From positions 1,376,001-1,440,000 of the forward strand of contig CAWDSK010000006.1 in assembly GCA_963804995.1 (NCBI GenBank): 64,000 bases of DNA, in the 5' to 3' direction. The position numbers and the translations under genes are program-made. Below, piece after piece: positions 1 to 10,600 of the stretch; the stretch's first letter is position 1; every line of letters starts with the position of its first letter. Under the pieces are notes generated by a model that was not told where the DNA came from, searched no databases, and saw only the letters and a list, made by a program, of their open reading frames with translations. The DNA is from an uncultured Acidobacteriota bacterium (GTDB lineage Bacteria > Acidobacteriota > Terriglobia > UBA7540).

Positions 1-713
1 GCTGCGTAACACTCGCAGGCGCTCTCTTCAAGCTTCGCGCGGCTCAGAATCTGTACTCCGCCACGAGTCCACTTGATAACTCCCTTTTTCTGCAATATTC
101 CGGCTGCCAAGCTCACCGTAGGTCGGTCTGTCCCTAGCATCGTGGCCAGGAAATCCTGCGTGATGGCGAACGTCGGGGAATCCACCCTGTCCTGAGTGAT
201 CAGTAGCCAGCGTGAAAAGCGCTGTTCGATATTGTGAAGTCGATTGCACGCGGCGGTTTGAGCCATTTGCATCCAGTGAGTTACTGCATACCGAGTCAGA
301 ATCTGTTGAAGTTGTGGACTTGACCGCAAGACTCTTTGCAATTCGTCGACTCTCACCCTGAACCCATCTCCGCCGATTTGTACGACCTCACGCACTTGGC
401 TCTTCCTCATGCCCACCGCCGCCGGTATCCCTGCAAACCCTTCCTTTCCTACTTCACCTACTTCCACCGTCCTTCCGTCTTCCGTCTCAATGACCAGAGA
501 CACCATGCCTGCATTCGGAAAATACACAAACTCCAGTGGATCGTTCGGTTCGTAAAGGCTGAGCTGGTGAGGCATGCTGAGGAACTCTAAGTGAGGACGG
601 ATGGCGCGGTATTCTTTGTCGGAAACCGACAGAAGGACCCGGTTGTTTATCGGCTTCCCAATAGGATTTGTCCGTTCGCCTGCCTTCGCTGTTTGATAGT
701 CTTTTTTTGCCAC
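1..713 (-). CDS. Crp/Fnr-family transcriptional regulator (3' end runs off the window)
   Basis: Hand-translated; absent from the ORF track because no stop lies in the window. GTG start at 713 after AAAGGA. Protein contains VYFPNAGMVSLV..DGRTVEVGEVGKEGFAG (cNMP-binding fold), QTAACNRLHNIEQRFSRWLL, ITQDFLATMLGTDRPTVS (HTH) and LEESACECY. Confidence 0.92.
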   Translation of the reverse strand, partial: MAKKDYQTAKAGERTNPIGKPINNRVLLSVSDKEYRAIRPHLEFLSMPHQLSLYEPNDPLEFVYFPNAGMVSLVIETEDGRTVEVGEVGKEGFAGIPAAVGMRKSQVREVVQIGGDGFRVRVDELQRVLRSSPQLQQILTRYAVTHWMQMAQTAACNRLHNIEQRFSRWLLITQDRVDSPTFAITQDFLATMLGTDRPTVSLAAGILQKKGVIKWTRGGVQILSRAKLEESACECYA

Positions 714-1389
714 AGAAGTCCTTTGCCATGCTGGATTTGTTTGCCCGAAAGGGTTCGGCTTTCTTGGGACCGCCTAATGCGCTTAAATTATGAGCTACCG
801 CATCTGCGGGGGGCTGGCTCCTCTTTACAAACGAAGCCGGGAAAACGTCATGCGCTTCCCCACCAAAGCCTGACGGGCAGCTAGAAGCACACACTTTATA
901 CCCAAAGGTGTTTAGCGCGTCGGTTTGATACCAAACACACGTTAGGTCAAGATTATACAGTCATGTGTGCGTAATGGAGCAGACACGCGTCTCCGCCGCT
1001 TCTATCATGATGTTTAGGGGAAGAATAAGAAGTAATTCCTCTCACCATTAAAGAGTGTATATGGGAAGCATAAGGAAACCTAGGAACGAATCTGACAAAG
1101 CGACGCTCGCCCGCATCACGAAAGAAATGGCGCAGCCCCGCATCGCCAAGTCCGCGAAAAAGGGGAGCTTGAGCCCGACAAGACTCGCAGTGGCCGCGTC
1201 ATAACCGTTAGTCGGCGCAGTTCCCTCCCGAGCTATATTGCTCGGCATCCTGCCGAGCGGGTCAGTGCAGTTCTGCGTGGGATTTTCTCATGCCCGACAC
1301 CTCAGCGGCAAACGCATGTGGTCAATCGGGATGGGGCATGGTGCTGAGGAAAAGCTTTCAGCTTTCAGCTCTCAGCTATCAGATCGCTT

Positions 1390-1463
1390 GTAGCGCGGGT
1401 GTCCTCACCCGCGTCTTCGAGGTAACGAGACACGTAAAGCGCGGGTGGGGACACCCGCGCTAC
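1390..1463. repeat. Inverted pair of GTAG-type REP-like palindromes, embedded in heptamer tandem repeats (~1355-1590)
   Basis: gtagcgcgggtgtcctcacccgcg ... cgcgggtggggacacccgcgctac; flanked by (gctttca)-like and (cccgtat/cccgatt)-like 7-mers. Confidence 0.75.
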
Positions 1464-1629
1464 AAGCTCACAGCCGACAGCCCACAGTCAGTTCCGAGTC
1501 CCGATTCCAGATTCGGGATCGCCGAACCCCGTATCCCGACGCGCGTATCCCGAACCCCGTGTCCCGTTTCCCGTATCCCGCCCCCCGAGACCTTGCTTTC
1601 AGACAATTAGACGCCCCTATTTACGATTT

Positions 1630-1645
1630 GGGCTACCGGAAGCCC
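1630..1645. promoter_or_regulatory. Palindrome GGGCTACCGG(A/T)AGCCC, copy 1 of 3, 17 bp upstream of TTGACA
   Basis: gggctaccggaagccc (one mismatch); TTGACA at 1663-1668; possible extended -10 tgctagcct at 1682-1690. Confidence 0.6.
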
Positions 1646-1904
1646 ATCTGCATATATCTTTCTTGACAATGGCCGGGTCCCTGCTAGCCTATTAAATGGA
1701 GAATTGTGTCGTGGTGAAGTCGAGCACCCTAAAGGCACCCGGAACGCGCCGCGGAAATCGCGCCCTGCCATGCCGACGCCTTGCTGATGCGTCAAATGCA
1801 AGATGGCAACCGGCGGGAAGTCCACCCACTCACCAACCCGCTGCTGAAAATCTAATGCTCAGAGCGCAAAATGGAATCCTGGGAAGCGAGCGACGGGGAC
1901 CTCC

Positions 1905-2172
1905 TAACCCACGATATACTAGAAAACAAAGCTACTTAGGGGCGGAATGGTAGAAATGTCAAAACACCTATGTATTTGAAATCAAATAACATAGCGCGTG
2001 ACGACGGCGTGGGGGCAGCGAGAAGGGGGAATTAAAAATGAAGGTTAAACCCACGATGTTGTTGAAAACAAAGAAAGAAGGAAGTGACATTTTGACTAAT
2101 GCCACGATGTTTATGGAAAATAAGCTAGTTAGTGTTGCTAACCCACGATGTTGTTGAAAATAAAGGATTAAG
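1905..2172 (+). repeat. Array of five ~30-35-bp AT-rich repeats (consensus ~CCCACGATGTTnnTGAAAAyAAAGnnnTTAG), locus A
   Basis: Copies at 1905-1939, 1963-1994 (degenerate), 2047-2073, 2098-2132 and 2139-2172, with unequal spacers. Confidence 0.85.
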
Positions 2173-2404
2173 TCATCTGACGCGAAGTCGATGCGGTGTT
2201 GTCTGGAGGCTCGTGGCGTGCCGCTGCCGGTACCGGACCTCAGATTGAGGCTTCCCCAAAACTCGACGAGGGCCTTCAGAAAATCATTGACGCGCTGGTG
2301 GACTAAATGTAGTTTGGGCTCCTCAGCGCAATTAAGGCAGCAGGCAGCGAGCGCTCTAGCCTTTTGCGCGTGGGCATTCAGGGCAAATCAGGGGGTCCGA
2401 ATCT

Positions 2405-4114
2405 ATGCTCCAAATCATTCGCTCCGCGAAGGTTTTTGATGTGTGCGTGATCGGCTCCGGGGCGGCGGGTGGCGCCGCTGCAAAGGTGCTGACCGAGGGC
2501 GGCCTGAACGTCGTATTGCTCGAAGCCGGGCCTCCGCTGAATCCAGGGACCGATTACCCGGAACACGTGTGGCCGTACGAATTGGCGCATCGCGGGGCGG
2601 GCATCGGCGGGGCAGGCTTCGAGGATTTCGGGCGCACAGAGTTGATGGCCCCCAACGGTTCCTGGACGATCGAGGGTGAGCCGTACACCAGCGCCCCCGG
2701 GACCGAATTCCGCTGGTTTCGCTCGCGTATTGTGGGCGGGCGCACGAACCATTGGGGACGCATCGCGCTGCGTTTTGCCGAGGTGGATTTTCGTTCGCGC
2801 TCGACGGACGGCCGCGGCGACGATTGGCCGGTCAGCTATCAGGATATTGCCCCGTACTACGACAAGGTGGAAGCCTCTGTGGGAGTCTACGGCAGCCGCG
2901 AGGGAATCCCCAGCGCTCCCGATGGAGTGTTCCAGCAGCCGCCCAAACCCCGGTGCACGGAAGTGATGGTCAAGCGCGCCTGCGACCAGCTAAAAATCCT
3001 CTGCGTGCCGGCGCGCATGGCAATCCTGACCCAGCCTCTGAACGGGCGCCCGGCGTGCCATTACTGCGATCAGTGCGGACGGGGCTGCAAGACGGCGTCA
3101 AACTTCAGCTCAAGCCAGGTCTTGATTCCTCCCGCCCAAGCTACAGGACGCCTGACGCTCAAGACCAACGCCATGGCGCGTGAAATCCTGGTGAACGACG
3201 AAGGGAAGGCGACGGGCGTTTCCTACATCGACCGCACCACCCGCCAGGAGCAGCAGGTCCGCGCCAAGGCCGTGGTGGTGGGAGCGAGCACGGGCGAATC
3301 CACTCGGCTGCTGCTGAATTCCAAATCCCGGCGCTTTCCGAATGGCCTCGCGAACTCTTCCGGCGTGGTGGGGCGCTACCTGATGGATTCGGTGGGCAGC
3401 GACGGCCATGGGCATGTGCCCTTGCTTGAAAAGATGCCGCCCCACAATCACGATGGCACGGGCGGCATGCACCTCTACATCCCCTGGTGGAAATTCGACC
3501 GGAAGAATGAGTTTCTGCGCGGCTATCACATTGAGTTTGGCGGCGGCCGCCACATGCCCGGCGTGGGCCAATTCCACGGCGTCTGCCACAGTTATGAAGG
3601 TTACGGTCTGGGGCTGAAGCAGCAGTGCCACAAGATGTATGGCACATCGATTGGACTGTCGGGCCGCGGGGAGATGATCCCCAACCAGGACACCTACTGC
3701 GAGATCGACCCCAGCGTCGTGGATGAGTGGGGGATTCCCGTGCTGCGCTTCCATTTCAAGTGGGGAGAAAATGAAATCAAGATGGCGCGCGATATGCAGG
3801 AAACTTTTCGCGCCATCGTGGAAGCGGCGGGCGGTACCTATCAGGCGCACGCAGAACCCACTGGAGATTTTCCATACGGCATCAGTAAGGGTGGCGAGAT
3901 TATCCATGAGGTGGGAACCGTGCGCATGGGGAAGGATCCCAAAACCTCAGCGCTGAATGGATTCTGCCAGTCGCACGACGTGAAAAACCTTTTCGTGACC
4001 GACGGCGCGTGCTTTGTGACCATGCCGGATAAGAATCCCACGCTAACGATTCTGGCGCTTTCCTGGCGAGCGTCGGAGTATTTGCTGGAAGAGGCGAGGA
4101 AGGGGAATCTGTGA
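2405..4114 (+). CDS. GMC-family FAD oxidoreductase (gluconate-2-/glycoside-3-dehydrogenase-like flavoprotein subunit)
   Basis: GSGAAGG FAD-binding motif, GGRTNHW, Cys cluster CHYCDQCGRGC, HEVGTVRMG and NPTLT. Confidence 0.92.
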   Translation: MLQIIRSAKVFDVCVIGSGAAGGAAAKVLTEGGLNVVLLEAGPPLNPGTDYPEHVWPYELAHRGAGIGGAGFEDFGRTELMAPNGSWTIEGEPYTSAPGTEFRWFRSRIVGGRTNHWGRIALRFAEVDFRSRSTDGRGDDWPVSYQDIAPYYDKVEASVGVYGSREGIPSAPDGVFQQPPKPRCTEVMVKRACDQLKILCVPARMAILTQPLNGRPACHYCDQCGRGCKTASNFSSSQVLIPPAQATGRLTLKTNAMAREILVNDEGKATGVSYIDRTTRQEQQVRAKAVVVGASTGESTRLLLNSKSRRFPNGLANSSGVVGRYLMDSVGSDGHGHVPLLEKMPPHNHDGTGGMHLYIPWWKFDRKNEFLRGYHIEFGGGRHMPGVGQFHGVCHSYEGYGLGLKQQCHKMYGTSIGLSGRGEMIPNQDTYCEIDPSVVDEWGIPVLRFHFKWGENEIKMARDMQETFRAIVEAAGGTYQAHAEPTGDFPYGISKGGEIIHEVGTVRMGKDPKTSALNGFCQSHDVKNLFVTDGACFVTMPDKNPTLTILALSWRASEYLLEEARKGNL

Positions 4115-4710
4115 TGTCCACTCACATCTCCCGTCGCGATGTCTTGAGAGGCTTGACGATGGGCGTGTCGGCGGGGTCGGTGCTGCGCATGATCCCCGTC
4201 CAGGCCGCGGAGCACGTGCACAATCTGCTCAAGGAGGAGCGCGCCAAAACACCGGGCGGTGCTTACACGCCGAAGTTTTTTCCGCCACATCAGTACCAGA
4301 CGCTTCAGGCGCTGTGTCAGATGATTATTCCTCCTGACGCGCAGGCGGGTGGGGCACTGGAAGCAGGCACGCCTGAATTCATCGATCTGTTGACGAGTGA
4401 AAATCGGGATTACCAACTCAAGCTGGGGGGCGGAATCGCCTGGCTTGATTCCACCTGCGACGACCGATACGGGAAGGCGTTTCTCGATTGTGCGGCCCCA
4501 CAACAGAAAGAAATTTTGGATCTGATCGCTTACCGCGCCAGTGCCAGAAAGGATCCGGCGCTCGGCCCGGGCGTTGAGTTCTTCGCTTTCCTGCGTGATC
4601 TTACCGCCGACGGCTTTTTCACCAGTGAAATCGGCATCAACTATTTGCAGTACATCGGCAACACCTACCTTGCCGAATTCCCCGGCTGCCCACCGTTGCC
4701 GGAGGGCTGA
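4114..4710 (+). CDS. Gluconate 2-dehydrogenase subunit 3 (gamma)-like Tat-exported partner
   Basis: Twin-arginine signal SRRDVLR; motifs IIPPD..GGALEAG..FID and GFFTSEIG...Y.GN; start overlaps the GMC stop. Confidence 0.88.
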   Translation: MSTHISRRDVLRGLTMGVSAGSVLRMIPVQAAEHVHNLLKEERAKTPGGAYTPKFFPPHQYQTLQALCQMIIPPDAQAGGALEAGTPEFIDLLTSENRDYQLKLGGGIAWLDSTCDDRYGKAFLDCAAPQQKEILDLIAYRASARKDPALGPGVEFFAFLRDLTADGFFTSEIGINYLQYIGNTYLAEFPGCPPLPEG

Positions 4711-4800
4711 CGTCCGCCGCTTGGAGGAGAAACAGAAGAACTCCAGTCGGCCAACGGAAAGTTATGGCGTGTGGGAGCATGCCCATTTAGAATTCCAAGC

Positions 4801-5292
4801 ATGATGCGGACAAAGGGCATTTTTCTTTTCACTCTCATCTGGGGATTCTCTACTTTGATGATGGCACAGGATAATCCTACTTTCCCAGCGACCAGCCAAG
4901 CCACGCGCCCAACCGCGACAATCAAGAAACCCGAAGCGCCGCATCGCTTTTGGGACCGTGAGAACGACTGGCTCTTCGCCGGAGTCACGGGCGCACGGAT
5001 GCTCGACTACGCTTCCACGCGGCACTTCCGCGACCAGGGTAATAATGAAGTATTGCTGAGCAACTCTGTCGTGGATAACAAACCGCTTTTTGTGGGAATT
5101 GAGCTGGCGGGCGCGGCGGTGTCAGTGGGCGTGTCTTACCTCTGCCACCGCACGGGCCACCATCGCGCCGAGCGCTGGGTTTCCATCGCACACATCGGGG
5201 TGGCGGTAGGCGGCTCAATTCACAACTACACCCTCAAACCACCTGCCCCGCAAGCCCAGCCCGCGCTGGCGATTCAATCTGGCGCGAATTAG
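4801..5292 (+). CDS. Hypothetical exported/membrane protein
   Basis: Signal-peptide-like N terminus and hydrophobic segments; HRFWDREN motif. Confidence 0.7.
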   Translation: MMRTKGIFLFTLIWGFSTLMMAQDNPTFPATSQATRPTATIKKPEAPHRFWDRENDWLFAGVTGARMLDYASTRHFRDQGNNEVLLSNSVVDNKPLFVGIELAGAAVSVGVSYLCHRTGHHRAERWVSIAHIGVAVGGSIHNYTLKPPAPQAQPALAIQSGAN

Positions 5293-5404
5293 TATCGGGC
5301 GGTATTTGATGATTCCGAACGGAGTACTCATCCAGACCATGAAATAACCCGCATATCTTTCAAGTTCTCGCGCATTCTGCCGAAAAGATAGAGGAGGGCC
5401 CTAA

Positions 5405-7419
5405 CCGAACTTTCGCACTTCAGGGTGTTGAGTTGGGTTAACTCGCTTCTTTTCAGTACAGGCATTGCCAAGGTCTGGCCTACAAACGCAGCATTCCAGC
5501 AGGAAAGATTTCCGGCTGGACCGTGATCCTGGGCGGTGGCTGAGTGGGGAGCACGAGCTGCAGTTCGTGCAACAGGAGCTTTTGTTCGGGTGTCGGCTCG
5601 GTGTAGCGGGGCATCACTAATCGGCGCCCATCCGTGGTCGGGAAAGACACATCGAGCATCTGCATGCCCGCCAGCTTCTCCAGCACCGCTTTCGGCGTCA
5701 GGCCCGGAGCGTGGGCCTGCAGACGCTGTTTCAGCGTCACCCACAAGCCGTACGCCAGAAAGGCAATGAGGATGTGGGCCTCGACGCGATGTTCTATTTG
5801 ATGATAAATCGGCCGAATTCCCAGCTCACTCTTCAAACACTTAAAGGCCGCTTCGATCTGCGCCAGTTGCATGTAGCGGTCCCACAACACCTCGGGATTT
5901 TCCCCCGTCAGATTGGTGCGCAACAGATAATGTCCATCGCGCCGCTCCGCTTCCTCCAACTTGCTGCGCTCGAGCCGGAACTGGAAGGTCTGGCGAGTCA
6001 CTTCTTCCTGGGCCTTGGGCACGCTGATCTTCACGAAACCGAAGGCCCGTCCGGCTTCACTCTTGGCTGCTCCGATCTTCATCAGCAACGCATCACGCGT
6101 CGGACACACGCGCCGCAAGGCCCGCAGCCTCCACAACAGCCGTGCCAGCTTGCGTCGACGGATGGCCATCTCTTTCGCCTGGCGGCCTGCGCTCTTCGCC
6201 AGCACATACAACTCGCCTTCCTCCGCGAACAGTTTCACCTCTACCGACTCGCGCACCTTCCGCCACGGCAGTTCCGTCCACTTCGCTTCGTACTGCCGGA
6301 TCTTGCCCCGTGGCGTCCCCACCAGGTAAAACATCTCCCGCCCCGGGGTGCGCATCTCCGCCAGCAGTTCTTCACTGGGAACTCCCCGATCCATCATCCA
6401 CACCCGCCGTGCCTTGCCGTACACGCTCTCGATCTTGTCCAGAAAACCGCGCAAGCTGTTCCGGTCGGAAGTATTCCCCTCCATCACTTCGTAGGCCAGC
6501 GGGAAACCTTCCGGCGTCAGCACCAGGGCGATCACCACCTGCCGACAGTCGAACCGCCCGTCCCGGCTGTAACCGTGGCGGGCTTTGGGAATCGCTTCCG
6601 CCTCTCCTTCCACATAGGTGCTGGTGAGATCGTAGAGGAGCAGATCAAAGCGCGCCGCAAAGAGGTCTTGCCACCGCAGCCGCAGGTGCTGGAACAACTC
6701 CGCCTTGTGCGCCAGTATTCGATCCAGACAACGATAGAGCCGGTCCTTCTCGGCCACCGCGAAGTTCACTGCCAGCAACTCGGCCATGGCGGTCTGATCG
6801 AACCAGTGCCGATGCACACGGAATTCGCTGCCCGGCTCGATCAACCGGTTCACCACCAGCAGCCGTAGCACCTTCTCCCACGGAACTCCCTCGCGCCCTT
6901 CCGGCAACCTCGCCTGCCAGAACTCGTCCAGCTTCAACTGGCGCCACAGCTCGCAGCCCAACCAACAGCCACCGAAGGTGCGCGGCCGCTCAACGCGCAT
7001 TTCACTCAACTTCACTTGTACGCCGTCCACAGCATCCGCAGGAAGTTCGCGGTCCTCCGGGAAGAGGCTCAGGGACGCGAGGACGCGACGGTCCTCGTCA
7101 AAAACCTCCAGCGTCTTGCGCCACGCGGATTGTTGGCTGTCGTTGATTTCGCCCAGATACAGCACCGTCCGATGCACGACCTTCGAGCGCGACACGCGCC
7201 GACTCTCGACGATGCTGAAATAACGATGTTCCTTGCCGTCCTTTTTGCGTCGATGAATCTTCAGGTGCACGCCCCAGAATGCCAGACCTTCGCGCCCCAG
7301 AAAAGAGGGTAGGTCGGGCCTACAAGCACTCTTCAACCCGCGCCCATTGAAGGCAAAGACCTTGTGCACCGCAAGCTGCCAAAATCAGCCCGGTAGCGGG
7401 TGGAAGTGCGAAAGGCAGG
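5405..7419 (-). mobile_element. IS1634-family insertion sequence, copy 1 (2015 bp)
   Basis: 17-bp imperfect TIRs cctgcctttcgcacttc / ccgaactttcgcacttc; 4-bp target duplication CTAA at 5401-5404 and 7420-7423. Confidence 0.92.
5480..7270 (-). CDS. IS1634-family DDE transposase
   Basis: Motifs LLYDLTSTYVEG, GYSRDGRFD, MMDRG, YLLRTN and IEAAFKCLKSELGIRPIYH. Likely start is the GTG at 7270 (MHLKIHRRKKDGK); the ORF track extends to 7369. Confidence 0.93.
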   Translation of the reverse strand: MHLKIHRRKKDGKEHRYFSIVESRRVSRSKVVHRTVLYLGEINDSQQSAWRKTLEVFDEDRRVLASLSLFPEDRELPADAVDGVQVKLSEMRVERPRTFGGCWLGCELWRQLKLDEFWQARLPEGREGVPWEKVLRLLVVNRLIEPGSEFRVHRHWFDQTAMAELLAVNFAVAEKDRLYRCLDRILAHKAELFQHLRLRWQDLFAARFDLLLYDLTSTYVEGEAEAIPKARHGYSRDGRFDCRQVVIALVLTPEGFPLAYEVMEGNTSDRNSLRGFLDKIESVYGKARRVWMMDRGVPSEELLAEMRTPGREMFYLVGTPRGKIRQYEAKWTELPWRKVRESVEVKLFAEEGELYVLAKSAGRQAKEMAIRRRKLARLLWRLRALRRVCPTRDALLMKIGAAKSEAGRAFGFVKISVPKAQEEVTRQTFQFRLERSKLEEAERRDGHYLLRTNLTGENPEVLWDRYMQLAQIEAAFKCLKSELGIRPIYHQIEHRVEAHILIAFLAYGLWVTLKQRLQAHAPGLTPKAVLEKLAGMQMLDVSFPTTDGRRLVMPRYTEPTPEQKLLLHELQLVLPTQPPPRITVQPEIFPAGMLRL

Positions 7420-7699
7420 CTAAGGGCCGGACCGCGGAACCTCAGAACTCCATCCGCGACCTTGGGTGCCCTCACTTCAGCCCAGTGGCCACAAGGTGTA
7501 CCGGGTGTGAAGCATGGGAATAAATGAGAAGGTCCTGAAACGGCGGAGCCAAGGTACCGCCCTTCCCCTGACTGGGGATGAATCCGGACTACACGATTCG
7601 GCGGGTTGGCGACAAGTATGAAGAAAGCCTAGCTGCTACCATGCAAATCGGGTCGGCTGCAAGACTCCTGGCTCTTTACCTCCCCTCGCATTTCCGTGG

Positions 7700-10600
7700 G
7701 TGGAGCTCGCTTGTTTGGGGGGCCAGCAAGCCACGCTTCCGGCGGGCGCACCTTCGCTGCCGGTTCTAGGACAGGTCAGTGACACCGGAGCGTTTCCTGC
7801 CCTGCTGCCGAGGAAAAGTCATGCTTTATTCGCTACCAATAATTTCGAGGTCCTATGGGATTTAAGTGGGACCTCGCGCGCTATGCCCCGCTTAGAGCGA
7901 ATTTCCGCGGGGGTGGTACCGGGCATAGCAAGCGCCTTGTGGGACGTGGGACGCGCCCCCTGGGTGCTGGGATTCGTGGGCCTGCTGATGCTCGGCGCCG
8001 CGGCGTGGGTGTGGATCTTGCAGCGTCAGGTGCGAGCGAAGACGGAGCTGATGCGGGAGTGGCTGCGGCGCGAGGCGGCCTTGAAGGAGCAGTACCGCGA
8101 CCTGCTGGAGAATGCCATCGACATCGTCTACACGCGCGACCTTGAGGGGCGCATCACCTCCTGGAACAACACGGCGGAAAGGGTCTTGGGCTACGGGCGC
8201 GTCGAAGCCCTGGGCATGAATGTCAGACAAATCGTCGCCCCCGAATTCCTGGATCTTCTCAATCGAGGAATTCTCAGCGCTGCGGAAGGAAGGCCTGTTG
8301 ACAACGTCGAAATGGACATTATCACCAAACCCGGAGCCCGGATTACCGTGGAGGTGCGCACGCGGTTGCTCTACGATAACGGCAAACCCGTGGGGGTCCA
8401 GGGAATCGCCCGCAATGTAACAGCACGAAAGCACGTAGAGCAGCAGGCTTGCCTGCAGGCAGCGGCTTTGGAGGCGACCGCCGTTGGCATCGTTATCACC
8501 AACCCGGAGGGAGCAATCCTTTGGGTCAACCCCGCGTTCACGGCCTTGTCGGGCTACGCGCTGGCGGACGTAGTGGGCAAGAATCTCCGCCTGCTGAAGT
8601 CCGGCAAGCATGACGTGGAGTACTACCGCGACCTGTGGGGCACGCTCAAATCGGGCCGGGTCTGGCATGGGGAGATTGTCAACCGTCGCAAGGACGGCAC
8701 CCTCTACACCGAAGAGTTGACGATTACGCCCGTGCGGGGCACAGGCGGAGAGGTCACACATTTCGTGGCCATCGCGCAGGACATCACCCTGCACCAGCAG
8801 GCCGAGGAGGCGCTCCGTCAAAGTGAGGAGAAATACCGCTCCATCGTCTTGAATATTCCCGAGGTTGTCTGGACGGTCGATTCCCGAGGCCGTTGCGTCT
8901 TCATCAGCCCCAATATCGAAAGGCTTTCTGGATATACCGCCGAGGAGGTCTATCAGGCAGGCTTGAATCTGCTCTTCCAGAGCGTTCATCCTGACGAGGG
9001 GCAAGCGATCACGGAGGCATTGCAAGCAGCCTTCGGGGACCAGCAACCGCGGGATGTGGAGTTCCGGACGCGACACAAAGACGGCAAATGGATTTGGGTA
9101 CGCGCCCGGACCATGGGCTCTTATGAAAAGGAAGGTGTTCGACACCTGCAAGGCCTCCTTGCGGACATCACCGAGCGCCACCGGGCGGAAGAAGCCATAC
9201 GGCGCTCGGAGACAAAGTTCCGCACGCTGTATGAATCCATCACCGATGCGGTGCTGCTTTTTGGCGAGAACGGTTTTCTCGACTGCAACAAGGCGGCCCT
9301 GGCAATCTACGGCTGCGCTACCTGGGAGGACATCTGCGCGCTACACCCCGCCGATCTGTCGCCGCCCCTGCAGCCTTGCGGAACAGATTCCTCAACGCTG
9401 GCCAACCAGCACCTCGCTACGGCGATGGAAAAGGGCGTCAATCACTTTGAATGGGTCCACAAGAGAGTCGACACGGGTGCGATCTTTCCCGCCGATGTGC
9501 TGCTCAATGCCACGGAACTGGATGGCAAACGGGTTATCCAGGCCGTTATCCGCGACATCACCGAACGCAAGCGGGCGGAGCGTTTCCAAAATCTTTCCGC
9601 TGAAATCCTGGGTACCCTGAATGAACCTCTGGGTGTAACGGATGTGGTCGACCAGATTCTCGCCGCCATCAAGCGGGAAACCGGTGTCGACGCTGTGGGG
9701 ATTCGACTACGAAGCGGCGATGACTTCCCCTACTTTGTCCAGAGCGGCTTTTCCCAGGGGTTCTTGCTTACGGAAAATACGCTAATCGCCCGGGATAAGA
9801 ACGGTGGCCCTTGCCGGGATAAGAACGGCAACATCAGCTTGGAGTGCACCTGCGGCCTGGTCATTTCCGGGCAGACAGACCCGGCAAACCCCCTCTTCAC
9901 CACGGGTGGAAGTTACTGGACAAATAACTCGCTGCCCTTGCTGGATCTTCCTGCCCACCAGGACAAGAGGCTTCATCCGCGCAACATTTGTGTCCATCAA
10001 GGGTACAGCTCTGTGGCGCTTATTCCCATTCGCGCCCATGGCGACATCGTTGGCCTGATGCAGCTCAATGACCGAAAGAAGAACTGTTTCACGTTGGAGA
10101 TGATCCAGTTCTTTGAGGGGATAAGTGCCAGCATTGGTGTAGCCCTGATGCGCAAGCAGCAGGAGGAGGCTCTGCGCCGGAGCGAAGCCCAGCTAAAAGA
10201 AGCCCTGCTGGCCGCCCAGATGGGCGTCTGGGAGTGGGCACTCGAGACTGGCACCGTCACCTGGGACGGAAACCTCTACCGCATCTCGGGTCGAGACCCG
10301 AAACTGCCCGCGCCCAGCTACGCGGAGCAGCAACAAATCTATGCTCCGGAGAGTTGGGAACGACTGGAGGGGGCGGTAAACAAAGCCCTCGCTGCCGGAA
10401 CTCCTTACGAGCTCAACCTGGAGTTAGTCCGCCCGGACGGCTCCAAGCGGTGGGTGATTGCCCGTGGAGAGGCGTCGCGGGATGCGAGTGGCCACATCAC
10501 GCAGCTCCGCGGCACCGTGCAGGACATTACCGAGCGGAAGGCGGCAGAGGAAGCAGCCGCGATAGCTGAGAACGAATACCACAAGATATTCGAGGGGGCG

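Noticed and set aside
336..894. Short track ORFs at 28-894
   Set aside because: They overlap the real Crp/Fnr gene in other frames or on the opposite strand.
1061..1204. 47-aa basic ORF MGSIRKPRNE...
   Set aside because: Weak RBS and no recognisable motif; unsupported.
1905..2172. CRISPR array (also 25201-25981)
   Set aside because: Repeats are degenerate, spacers vary from a few to hundreds of bp, orientation is mixed, and there are no cas genes. Retained as a non-CRISPR repeat finding.
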